From Raja brachyura (taxonomy: Eukaryota), in contig OY740811.1 in assembly GCA_963514005.1 (NCBI GenBank), forward strand, positions 5,642,001 to 5,706,000: a DNA stretch of 64,000 nucleotides, read 5' to 3'. Positions 37,911 to 49,007 of the stretch are shown piece after piece. The position numbers were made by a program, and so were the translations under genes. The notes beneath the pieces were generated by a model, which saw only the letters and a list, made by a program, of their open reading frames with translations, did no database searches and was not told the DNA's origin. Positions within the stretch are counted from its first letter, which is position 1. Every line of letters starts with the position of its first letter.

Positions 37911-38212
37911 TATCTTTAGTGTTATCTCTTTTCAGTACACCTACTGTGGTCATTTTATAGTGATTCCTCAACAACATCTGAAGCAATTTCTGAAATGTTG
38001 AGGAAAATCTGCATTTTGAAGTTTAATGCAGATTGTTAATGAAATCAATTCTTTTTTTTTTTGCACTGTGCATCGAATTTGGTAGTTACAATGTTTTTCT
38101 TAATCAAAAAGCAAACTGCTAGAGGAACTCAACAGGTTAGCGAGCTTCTGTGAAGGAATTGGGCAGATGTTGTTTTGAGTCATGTTTTTATCAATTTAAA
38201 ACTAAAGGTAAC

Positions 38213-38471
38213 AGAAACATAGAAAATAGGTGCAGGAGTAGGCCATTCGGCCCTTCGAACAAGTACCGCCATTCAATATGTCATGGCCGATCATCCAAAA
38301 TCAGTACCCCGTTCTGGCTTTTTCCCCAAATCCCTTTATTCCCTTAGTCCTAAGAGCTAAACCTAACTCTCTCTTGAAAGCATCCAGTGAATTGGCTTCC
38401 ACAGCCTTCTGTGGCAGAGAATTCCACAGATTCACAGCTCTCTGGGTGAAAAAGTTTTTCCTAATCTCAGT
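38213..38471 (-). mobile_element. CR1/HER1 3' end
   Basis: AGAAACATAGAAAATAGGTGCAGGAGTAGGCC tail; GCAGAGAATTCCACAGATTCAC. Confidence 0.9.
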
Positions 38472-38599
38472 TAATAAAGAAACTCAAATTTGTGAAAAAC
38501 CTTCACGAAACTTACAGTTATTTTGCTTTTTTTCCGATTACACGGATTTAAAGCCGGACAATAAAGACAGCCTCACAAGCGGATTTGTAACTGGGATTT

Positions 38600-38697
38600 G
38601 AGTCTGAAGAAGGGTTTTGACCCGAAACGTTGCCTATTTCCTTCGCTCCACAGATGCTGTCTCGCCCGCTGAGTTTCTCCAGCATTTTTGTCTACCT
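38600..38697 (+). mobile_element. PLE terminal fragment with intact hammerhead core (38604-38631)
   Basis: CTGAAGA-A-GGGT-TTTG-ACCC-GAAAC-GTT on the plus strand. Confidence 0.8.
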
Positions 38698-38803
38698 TGT
38701 AACTGGGACCACTGGCTATCAAGTCCCCAAAGCAGCTGCTTTGGGGAATTGAACATCAATTGCCTGATGAGGATATAGTTAAGGCTTTTAATACACATTT
38801 ATA

Positions 38804-39691
38804 ATTTAGATTAGTTTAGATATACAGCATGGAAACAGGCCAATGATCCCTGCACACTAAAGGGCCTGTCCTCCAAGCATGCAACTCTATGAGATTAGCG
38901 CGACCTAACGTGGTCACTTGAGCCGTCCGGCGTTGCGGGGCCGGTCCCACTTCGATCGCCGGAGTCGTGCGGAATTGTGCGGAGTTCGTCCCGACATTGC
39001 ACGGGGCTCAGAAAAACTGACTATGTTCAAAAATTCCGCGCGGCAACAGCTTGTCGCCTCGACGCATTACACACCGCCCCGACATCGTGCCTCCGTGAAC
39101 CTATCTGTAGGTGCCTCCATGACCCTCTATGTGTGTGGCTCCGTGGCCCTCTCTGTGTGTGCCTCTGTCCCCTCTCTGTGTGTGGCTCCCAGGCCCTCTG
39201 TGTGTGTGTGCCTCTGTCCCCTCTCTGTGTGCCCCTCTCTGTCCTGGCGAACTTACCTTAGACTTCGCTCCAAGTTCGCCTCACTTTGCGCCGCGTTGCG
39301 CCACTCACCCGACCTCCGCGCGGCCCCTGCTGCCGGCTTGGTCGCGCTTGCCGCATGCAGGCGCATGCTGGTGGGAACGGCCCTGCACAGGGGATCACCT
39401 GACCTCCGCGCGGCCCCCGCTTCTAGTTTGATCGCGTTCATCGCATAGAGTTGCATGCTGGTGGGACCGGCCCGTAACACTATTCTACACACACTAGGGA
39501 CAGCTTACAATTTTACCAAGCCAATTACCACCTGTACATCTTTGGAGTGTGGAAGGGAACTGGAGCACCCAGAGAAATACCATGCAGATCTGGGGAAGAA
39601 CGTGCAAACTCCATACAGACAGTATTGGCGGTCAGCATTGAACCCGGGTCTCTGATGGTGCAAGGCAGCAACTCTACTGCTGCACTACCAT
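38804..39691 (-). mobile_element. HE1/V-SINE interrupted by a MITE
   Basis: GCACACTAA|CACTATTCTACAC is rejoined on removing 38861-39477. Confidence 0.82.
38861..39474. mobile_element. Harbinger/PIF-type MITE (composite, internal tandem repeat at 39120-39245)
   Basis: Imperfect TIR AGGGCCTGTCCTCCAAGCATGCAACTCTATG / CATAGAGTTGCATGCTGGTGGGACCGGCCCG; TAA TSD at 38858-38860 and 39475-39477. Confidence 0.85.
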
Positions 39692-40549
39692 TTAAATCAC
39701 TTGATTCACCTTTAAATGCTATCTAAAGTTTTAGTTTTCGTGCTTCAGAACTGCCGTTGACCTAAATCGCTGCCAAAAAGTCAGTTCTCTGATTTCAGCC
39801 TCTGTGCGTTATGTTCCCTTCATCCACCAATGAAGAATGTATTTCACAGCATTTCTCCCGTTTTCGGGAACTCCCTCTCGGAGCCCCACCTCCTCTCTGA
39901 AGAGACTTCTTAAAACCCATCTCTCTATAAAGATCTAGCTCGGTATATTTCTGGGTTGAAATCAAGTATCAATGAAATGTCTTCAGAGATTTCCTTTGTT
40001 TTAGCAAAGGAAAGGAATTGCTGCATTTTGGGAGTAAAAAAAAATGAAGAAAAGAGAAGAAATAAACAGCCAAGCCTTGAGCAGAGCGGTGGCAATGTTT
40101 TGGGTGAAAACGGAACAAAATGGCAACTCAAACACAGAATCTATTGAAGTCATATTTGATGCAATGCTTTATGCAGAGGTATAGTGGCGAGTATACATTA
40201 ATTCTCTTATGCCATTCACACAGTGACAGTTCAGCTAAAATCTCCATGCACACCTTCAAGAAAGCTTTTGAAGAGACAAGTTTTCTGAAGTTGTTTGGAA
40301 TAACCATTAATCATCATTTAGCTAATTTCCTATTCAAGTATTGTACAATGCCACAACCTCTGCAGGGTGGACTCGTGCAGAGCCCTTGATGCATTGCAGA
40401 CTTCAAATGTGCTTGAATTTGCTACAGCCCAAACTGGGGGAGAGAGTTGGAGAACTGCAGCTGAAATGTGATTCACATCCCAACAGGTTATTGCAATGAG
40501 GCAATGAAAAACAGTTCAACCAGTAAGACACAGTGGAAGTATTTAGATA

Positions 40550-40830
40550 AACGGGTACAATGGTGCCCGGACGTGGCGCCGAAGCAAATCCGGACGTGAA
40601 GCTGAGGCAATGACGTCGAAGCCAAATAACCGAATGGGAACGAAGCAGAAACGCAAAATAGCCGAGAGAGCGGGACGTCTGAAAGCCAACTCACCGAATG
40701 GCCACTCTGCCCAAACGCCACCTACCCGAAAGTCGCCTACAAGCCAAAGGACTGACTGCCACTCAACAGAAAGGTCCAATAACGGACAGGACGTTGCCGG
40801 GGGGCGGGACTTGTCAGCGATTGGTCCAGA
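40550..40830. mobile_element. CpG-rich putative DNA-transposon end fragment with repeated CCGAA motifs
   Basis: CCGAA-type motif recurs (GCCGAA, ACCGAA, CCCGAA) in a CpG-rich patch; partner end not found. Confidence 0.35.
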
Positions 40831-41529
40831 CCCCCACGTCCATCACATCACTGTGGAGAGATGAACATTGTCCCACACCTCCGCTCCACCCGACCTGCAG
40901 GGAACGTGGGGGCTGTCCCGAGGGATGCGCACCATTGGCCACTTACAACTTGGTGCTTGGGTTCAGATTGCGCAGTCACCTGTGGCTTGTGTGGGAAAAT
41001 GACCCCACCCCCCCGCCGATGGACTTTTATTTGACTTTTCTGTTGAGCAGCAGAAAGCAGTACTCACACACCTGCAACTACAACCTCAACCTTCCCCCAC
41101 CACTCTACTCCAGACCTAAACCCATGGCCTTCAGAATTATGGGTGCTCCCGATAGAGTCAAGCCTTTAGCAAGGAAGAGCCACCAGCAAGCTTTCACGGT
41201 TAAATTATTCGCAGGACAAGAGCTGGTTTTAGGACTAAGGTAAGCCTCTTCACCCAGCGTTCTGGAATGCTTGGACACAAGGTTCTGCAGATGCTGGTTT
41301 AAATACATAAAGCAAAAACAACTTCCTAACCTTGTTGCGTTCCTGGAAATGGGGTTCCAACATTACTTTCCCTCCCCTATTAATATATTGTGTCACCATA
41401 CAGTTCCCATCACTTCTACAAATTGAGCTTGATATTCATCCATTCAGCAGCAAACTGTTTAATATGTTACATGGAAGACTCCGTCTGTGCCAGAGAATAC
41501 AGTGCAGGTTTTGTACAAAAGTCATTGGA

Positions 41530-41742
41530 GACCTTCGGACTTCATTGAAGACCCTCGGAATATCTTTAATAGGTCTTTACTGGACTTTATCTCGCACTGA
41601 ATGTTATTCCCCTTGATCCTGTACCCGTACACTGTGCCCGGTTTGATTATAATCAGATGTAGTATTTCTGCTGACTGGATAGCATGCCACAAAATGAGAA
41701 GCTTTTCACTGTAGCTCGGTACACATGACAATAAAGTAAGCT
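41530..41742 (+). mobile_element. Rex1/L2-type LINE 3' tail
   Basis: GCTTTTCACTGTAGCTCGGTACACATGACAATAAA tail signature. Confidence 0.65.
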
Positions 41743-41901
41743 AGTACCAACACTTTGAACAATATTTTCACTCTCTTCACATTGGTTGGGTTTCAGAATC
41801 CTGACCTTTCTGATTAACGGTGAAGAAAGGCAAATCCATGCTCGGATGCATTTGGGGGGATTCTTCTCACTACTTTAGAAACACGTTTAGCATCAGATTA
41901 C

Positions 41902-42225
41902 TGGGCAGTGGTAGAGTTGCTGCCTTACAGCACTCGCAGTGCCGGAGACGCGGGTTTGATTCTGTCCACAGGTGCTGGCTGTACGGATTTTGTACGTTCC
42001 CCCGTGACCCCGAAGATCTTGATTTTTGCCGCGATCTTCTGTTTCTTCCCACACTCTAAAGACGTACAGGTTTGTGGGTTAATTGGCTTGGGTTGTATGT
42101 TTGATATAAGTGTAAATTGTCCCTAGTGTGTGTGTTCTTGTGTTAATGTGCGGGGGTCGCTGGTCGGTGCGGAGACTGTGGGCAGAAGGGCCTGTTTCTA
42201 CGTTATATCTCTAAACTAAACTAAA
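41902..42225 (+). mobile_element. Near full-length HE1/V-SINE
   Basis: tRNA-like head GCAGTGGTAGAG...GGGTTTGATTC, V-domain, CR1-derived tail GAAGGGCCTGTTTC...(CTAAA)n. Confidence 0.88.
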
Positions 42226-43179
42226 TTAGATCCTTTGCTTTGTGGCGTTAGCTTACTAAAGATGACGTAATGAAATACTGGTGATTAAACTGGTCTGAAA
42301 GTCAAATCTATCCCAATCTTTTTTTTTAAACTTGCAGGAGGCTGTGCGAGAAACAGAGGAGCCCGCCCCCTTTACTGAACATAGATCTTTAGCCTCTGAT
42401 ACAATTTCAAACGGGAGAAGAAATACAAGCAGACGTTCCTTGTGTGGTCTCAACTCATTCAGCGGAGGCCAGAATTCCAGTTCCAGTTGAAGTAAAAGCC
42501 AGGTTTTGTTCTGTATTAGGTTGGGTCAGAGGAATGCAGAATTCCGACTCCATCCCTTGAGATATCACTGAGCTGTGATCATGCTTCAGAGGAGAACCTG
42601 TTTGCTTTATAATCTCTTTATTATTCCCGACCATCTAGCCACCACCAGCCTCTGCAGCTTGTGCATATTTATCCTCTCCTGTGCTGCAGTCAGTCATGTG
42701 CCTTTGCTGGGGAAACAAGATAAGAAAGGTTTTGCTTGGTGGGAGGAGAGGGCAGCAGGGGCCCTGGTGGCCTGGAGTGAATTAGGTCAGCTACTGTTCT
42801 GCTCCAATCTGTGATTGATAGGAAATCTGTCCCTAGGGTCGACAGAGAACTCTTGTACTTCCTCCATCATTTATCAGCCTGAAGGAGCCATCCACAGTCC
42901 CCGGGATGGGCCGTGTCCTTGCTTGATGAGTTGTTTCATCTCTGCTTCAGTTCTGCGCATGCCACAGAGCTAAAGCAAGAACAGTGGCTCACTGCAGAAC
43001 CACACTCCATTTCTGCTCCACTGCTTTTGCACTGACGGATTCAAGATTGTCAAAGCGGAATGATACCTGCACAATCGTCAAAGTGCAATTCAATGGATTT
43101 TACGGACAAACACCAGAGGCCGAGGAATGAGAGGCGCTAATGAGGAGGGAGCAACACGTGGGGTTAGTTTTGGGTTGCA

Positions 43180-43460
43180 AAAAACAAACTGCTGGAGGAA
43201 CTCAGCGGGTCAGGCAGCATCCGTGGAAGGAAATGGACAATTGATGTTTCGGGTCGGGACCTTTCATGTGGACTGAAGGAGTGGAGGTGAGGACCAATGG
43301 AGGTGGGCTAGCTCCCCTCAACTCTGTCAGTCCAGAGGAAGGGACTTGACTCAAAATGCCTTCTGTCCATTCCCTTCCGTAGATGCTGTCCGGCTCTCTG
43401 TGCTCCTCAAGCAATTATGTTTTTGCTTCAGATTTCAGTATTTGCTGCCTTTACATCTCC
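43180..43460. mobile_element. PLE inverted pair (older subfamily)
   Basis: CTGCTGGAGGAACTCAGCGGGTCAGGCAGCATC...GTTTCGGGTCGGGACC and mirrored AGTCCAGAGGAAGGGACTTGACTCAAAATG. Confidence 0.7.
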
Positions 43461-44859
43461 ATGTATGTTCTGGGTAGATTTAACAATGATCTAATGTGCT
43501 GAATGGCAAACCCTCTGTGCCATACATTTCACATTACTTAATCCTTTGACTGCATTTGAAGCCATTTGTGCACCCCCAATATATTTCACCCCCCGCAATG
43601 GCAGCTATGCTTTCAGCTGGCTGTAGAATTCCCTTCCCAAATGTCTCCTCTAACTGATAGAATGCAAAGACTAGTCCAAGATTTGATATTTGTTAAAAAA
43701 GCAAACTGACACAAACAATAATTACAGCATCAAAGCGTCAAGGCCTTAAGGTCAAACTTTATCAGAAATGCGGTTCAAACACGAACCTTATTGCGGAAAC
43801 CCATAAAAATTCCGTAAATTTTGCTTGAGAATCGTAATAAATCATTAACCTAACAAAGTAACGTGTATTATTTGTGTCCCGAGGTTCAGTGGGTGAGTAC
43901 TCTGCTTTATTGTCAAGAAGGTCGCTCAGATCAAACTCTGGCCAGTGGTTTCCGATCTTAGTTGCAGCAGCGGTGAGTGAAGCTGCTGCAGTTAATGTCA
44001 ATGCTACCACATTAGGAAGGGGAAGAGACCAGACATCATTCTTGCTGCTGACTTCTCACAGCTGAGTCACTGCAGTGACTCTGGCTAGGAGATATGTATA
44101 CATCATACAGTCAGACAAGAAGGAGGTCAGACTCTGCTACAATTCTTCCCACAATCCAAAAGCTTGCTGAATCTCACTGAGTGCAATATAAAGGTCAAGT
44201 GGATGTCGATTAAATCTCACCACGATGTAAGTAATAAAGACAAAAAAAACACATTGATATCCATTCTAACATGTCTTTGAACAAATAGATTGTGGTAATA
44301 GGAATAATTGTGGTGTAATATGAATTATTTTTATAACTTAGACTATCTACTGTAAAAGGCACTATCACACATTAAAGCATTAACCTCCTTTTATGGTACT
44401 AGGATTAATGTGCCATGTCCCTCCAACAGCTTTGTCACTACTAAGGACATTTCGGACACAGATCGACATGCCGTGCTCAGAGTAGTCACCACTTATGAGA
44501 GCAAGAAAACATCTATTTTTACCACTGAAGTACAAATTTCTATTCTATTACCATCCAACATGCAGCATCAATTTTTATCGTCGTCTTGTAAACATGCTCA
44601 TTCATTATTGAGGGACACTTTCCTCAGTGAGTATGAGTAGCCCTCTAGTATTTTGCAATCATTGTCATCCTTCACGATTAAGCCTCGGTCAGGATCACTG
44701 GCGGAGCAGAAATGGTCACTGGCAAATATCTCTACTAATTTACACACAGGAAGATGCTACACGCAGCATTCACATGAACCAATTTATTATTTATTAATTA
44801 TAAAATTAACTAAATAATTATGTAAACCAGCATCTGCAGTTTCTTGTTTCTAAATTATT

Positions 44860-44995
44860 AATGAATCTATTCTGGTGTATTAATCTTGGTCAGAGCATCA
44901 GGAGGACCACTCTTAATGGGTCAATTATTCATCAGTGGTGTTGTGGGATATTTTATGTCCATTTAGGCAGCAACTGGGGCCTCTATTTGCTGTGA
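44860..44995 (-). mobile_element. Deu-domain SINE relic (SacSINE1/AmnSINE1-like)
   Basis: TGGGATATTTTATGTCCA...CTGGGGCCTC resembles the Deu domain as I recall it; highly decayed. Confidence 0.45.
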
Positions 44996-46149
44996 CTACC
45001 CAGCTCAAGAGCTGAAATACTACCAATACGCCAAGCCAATTTACAACCATGATCACTAATTCAGTGGAGCGGACTTCTACTTATCTGTTGGCACTGTGGA
45101 AATTAAGTCTCTCAAGAAGTTTCCAATGGAAATCATTTGTTTGTGATCAGAAGCAGGAAAATCCGACTGAGTTATCTGGTCCAAGGGTACTGAAGGTGAT
45201 TATAGTCCGTCCACCCTCACTTCAATCCCAACTGGCAATCCCACAGATGGCAATAACTTGGTGCCTCGGTCTGCATCACTTTGTGCTTCAAATTCTATTG
45301 TGTTTAGTCATCCAAAATTGCAAAGGAAGTGGTACTCCAGGTTATAGATGATGGAGGAAACTATTGTGATGACTTAAGATACGCACCACTAGGGCAATCG
45401 TTCGCAAACAGTTCCGTGTGGTAAAGGAGTGGGGAGTGGTGGAGGGATAGGGAGAATCTGAAAAAATATTGATAAGGATAAAAGCCCATTCCACCCTTAC
45501 CGATCATGGGTCAGTTACCCAAAGGAATATTGTGTTGGCATATAAGGGGATCTGGTGGCTTTGGCAACGTCTCAAGGTCTGTTAGAAAATCCCAGCGTGA
45601 AAGCCTATTACTGAAAACATCCTGCCCAGCTATGCTGCACACTGCAACAGGCCACATTCATCCACTGACATATTGCAGGCTTCCTAAATCACTTATAATT
45701 TATTTTGTAATTATGCATAAAACCATAATTATACTCTGACGCACATGCAGTGTAAACTGCTCCGAACAAGCCAGGGGTATTTCTTTATGGGGCTAATAAT
45801 ACATTGCTGTTTAGGCCTGATCCAGGAACTGTCTGACATTCAGAAGCACTGGTTCAGTTCAGATTTGAAAACTTCGGTAAAATGACGGATCAGTGTCTGT
45901 GACTTGAAGTTCGTGAGTGAGGTAGCATACACTGTATTTAAAAAAGGACTTTGAAGATTGTAATCGCTGAATTACTTCTGATGCCATGTACCAGTGTGTT
46001 TATGAAAAGGAACTAGGTCTGATAAACGTATGTCTAAAGACATGGTACAGATGTGGTTTGGGTTTAGGTTTTGGCAGCACTGGGACCAGTGGATCTGAAC
46101 AAAACAAATAGATTGTACCAGAATTGGTATGAGGCCAACAGGCTTGCAG

Positions 46150-46450
46150 AGCAAAACACAAAGTGCTGGAGTAACTCAGCAGTCAGGCAGCATCTATGGA
46201 GAACATGGGTTACTCACGTTTTGGGTCGAGACCTTTTTTTCAGACTGATTGTGGCTTTTAATTGATAGAGTGGTGGATAAAGACCCGAGATAGAAAGAAG
46301 ACAAAAAGCTGTGAGATAAGGAGAGAGGAGACCCAAAGTGTGAAGCCAGAGGAAGGGATATAGGTGGAAGGGGACAGGGGGTGGTTAAAGGTGGTTGGGA
46401 TAGGAGGGGATAAGGGTGCACATTCAAGTGGGACACAGGGAAGAGGCTAT
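46150..46450 (-). mobile_element. PLE terminal fragment with purine-rich flank
   Basis: ACACAAAGTGCTGGAGTAACTCAGC...CGTTTTGGGTCGAGACC...CAGACTGATTG. Confidence 0.72.
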
Positions 46451-46600
46451 AATTCCTCTGTCTGACTGATGAAGGCCGGCATGCCAAACTTCTTCCCCAC
46501 CCACCTACCTGTGATGCCACCTTTAGAGAACTATGTATTTAAATTAATAGATGGCTCAGTTCTACAAAATTCCCCAGGCCCTGACCATTCACTGTGAAAG

Positions 46601-46653
46601 GGGGGTCAAGGAACGAGCGTTCATGTCACGGCCCTGTTTCCACCAATCTTTCC
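46601..46653 (+). ncRNA. Minimal (P4-less) HDV/CPEB3-like self-cleaving ribozyme fold
   Basis: P1 GGGGUC/GGCCCU with a G.U first pair; P2 GGAACGA/UCUUUCC (6/7); P3 GCG/CAC; L3 UUCAUGU; P1.1 G46636; J4/2 CCAA with putative catalytic C46643. Confidence 0.75.
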
Positions 46654-46765
46654 ACCACCTCGCACAACAAGCGACAAGACATACACCATTGTGCAGATGG
46701 CGAGAAGTGTGTTCAGCTCTGGCTGAACAACTTCTAATCTTGTGTGTAGACTTGATAAGAAGAAG
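46601..46765 (+). mobile_element. 165-bp non-autonomous retroposon (Ingi/Vingi-like bipartite) headed by an HDV-like ribozyme
   Basis: 10-bp TSD ACTGTGAAAG at 46591-46600 and 46766-46775, AAGAAGAAG tail, and the CR1 host is restored on removal. The 3' part reads DIHHCADGEKCVQLWLNNF*, like a LINE ORF end. Confidence 0.85.
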
Positions 46766-47438
46766 ACTGTGAAAGTCCTCACTGGTTTGACGTGCTTCTC
46801 ACTAAATTAAACTCTTTTACTATCCCTTGGCCTCCTTGCCTAGATGATTAGACCCCACTGAATTTCTTGATAACCACCGTTGCTATCTACAATACCACCT
46901 AATTTGGTGTTATCTGCAAATGTACTAATCATCTCTTGTATATTTTCATCCAAGTCATTGATATGGGCCCAGCATTGATCTCTGAAGCACACCATTCGTC
47001 ACAGGCCTCCAGACTCAAAATCAATCTTCCACCACTACTCTCTGCTTCCTACCATCAAGCCAATTCAATAATCCATTTAGATAGCTGTCCATGGATTCCA
47101 TGTGACCTAACCTTCTGGAGCAACCGACTATGGGGAACCTTATCAAAGTCGTAAAGCTCACGTTTTCACATCTGCCTTCGTCAATCTTCTTGGTCACTTC
47201 TCAAAAAAACTCAATCAAATTTGTGAGACAAATCTGTGTGACACACCAAGCCATGCTGACTATCCCCAATCAACCCTGTCTTTTCAAATGCTTATATATT
47301 TTATCTCAGCGGCCTTTTCAGTAACTTTCTTATCATAGATATTAAGCTTACTGGGTTATAGTTCCCAAGTTTATCTTTGCAGCCCTTCCTAAGTAGGTGA
47401 ACAACACAGGCCACACTCCAGTCTACTGGCACTCACTT

Positions 47439-48042
47439 CTTCTTCTTCTTTGCTCCTCTGGGGAGCATCAGCCATTGACAAATGTCCTCCACCTCACTCG
47501 GTTGTTGGCATTTCTATCAAGATCTCCCCAGTTGAGCCCACTCTCAGCCATTTTTGCCTGGACTCCTCTTTTCCAGCTGTTCCTGGGGCGACCTCTTTTC
47601 CCTTTTCCTTGGGGGTTCCATGCCAGGGCTTGCCGGGTGATGTTTGTGGCCGGTTTCCTGAGGGTGTGTCCAATCCAACTCTATTTTCTCCTTCGAATTT
47701 GTAAGTCAATGGGCTCCTGGCTCATTCTTTTCCACAGGACAACATTGCTTACTTTGTGTCCCCACCAGACGTTAGCATCCTTCGTCACCACTCCCTCTCT
47801 ACGCTTCGCTCCCTCCTCTTCCTATCCGGAGTAGACAGCGCCCTTGCGGGTGTGGCTGAGAAGTGTCATGTTCCCCATCAATCAAGTGTAATTTGGTTTT
47901 CATTCGTCAAAGTTTCTGTAACTCACACTTTATTCCAGGGTGGGGTAGTTAACCCAACGCCCACCCCCCAAACTGGAGGACCAGGGACTGCTTTGTCTGC
48001 CTCCTCACCCTTGTCTAAAACAATTTATATGTCACAACTAGG
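47439..48042 (-). mobile_element. Bipartite (internally deleted) RTE-clade LINE: 5' UTR joined to ORF C-terminus and (GAA)n tail
   Basis: 8-bp TSD ACTCACTT (47431-47438, 48043-48050). Minus translation ...[42 protein letters not shown]...RVRWRTFV. 5' UTR-like motif CCCTGGTCCTCCAG...GGGTGGG...CCCCACCC. Confidence 0.85.
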
Positions 48043-49007
48043 ACTCACTTAATGTCTTCTCTAGATTCCCACAATTTCCTAAGGACCTACTCAGACCTGA
48101 GCGATGTATCGACCTTCATGTGTTTTAATCGGGCTTATCCAAAGACATTGTGGGAAGCTAGAAAATAAATTGCAGAAACGCTGGCAGAGATACCTGAATC
48201 ATCATTAGACATGGGTGAGGTGCAGTAAGGCTGGAAGGTGGCAAATTACCTGGAAGGGTAATAACAGTAGGGCATTTCAACTTCCATAATATTGACAGGG
48301 TAACTTTAATGTGAAAGGCTTGGAGGCGGTTGTACCTTTAGAATGCATCTAGGAGAGCTACTTGAGTCAGCATGCAGCTAGTCTTGCTGCAGAAAGCGCA
48401 ATACTACATGTAATCTTTGGTAATGAGTCAGCACATGTGGAATGACCCAGCAAAGCTATCTGATCAGCCTCCTTGAGAATAAAGTCACGGAACACCCTGA
48501 CCCAGTCTTTCCCCAAATCCTGAAAGTCCAAAAATGCAAAATTGAATTCATTCACATTATAAACTGGCATGAGTTACCATGCCTTCATATGTTTTATCAA
48601 AGGTTTGGATTAACTGGGTGTTAGCTATCAAACATTAGTAATAACATGGGTGGTTTGTGCATTAACATTGAGGAAATGTTGCATTGAGCCAAAGTGTAAA
48701 GACAGGTTCATGGTTCATTCCTCCCATTTCTGCTGTAGCAGCCGATCTCGAATGATGCAATAATTGACGCTGGAGCCTCTGAATAACAGGTCTGGCAAGG
48801 TACCCGCTCTGGACTGCCAAGCAAAACCTGTCAGAATGTGCATGGATCTGAATATCAGATGAGGTTAGGGTCAAATTTGACTGTAGCGTTTCAAATAACT
48901 TAACGGCACTCACTGTAATGTCTCACCGATGATGGGTTGGCAATGAATGTTACTAATGCCGCAGTATTCAAAGTCAAGGTAGATTGTGGATCCCTCTTGT
49001 AATCTTA

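Larger units (their letters stand above)
46495..47438 (-). mobile_element. Decayed CR1 RT fragment (host of two retroposon insertions; continues after 48043)
   Basis: TTTGGTGTTATCTGCAAA (reverse complement FADNTK) and TCAATCAAATTTGTGAGACA RT signatures. Confidence 0.8.

Noticed and set aside
38918-39492. Overlapping ORFs up to 176 aa
   Set aside because: They lie inside a GC-rich MITE and tandem tract; no transposase motifs.
40529-40855. CACAGTG...CACTGTG inverted heptamers (Transib/RSS-like ends)
   Set aside because: No 5-bp TSD (TAAGA versus GAGAG), no nonamer and no TIR extension; likely chance.
40698-41243. 181-aa ORF, longest in the window
   Set aside because: Non-ATG-like start within the CpG-rich patch, no recognisable domain, composition consistent with chance.
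47931-48016. HDV-like ribozyme in the RTE 5' module (UCCUC loop)
   Set aside because: I could not form P1/P2 in the required nested order; only simple hairpins are evident.
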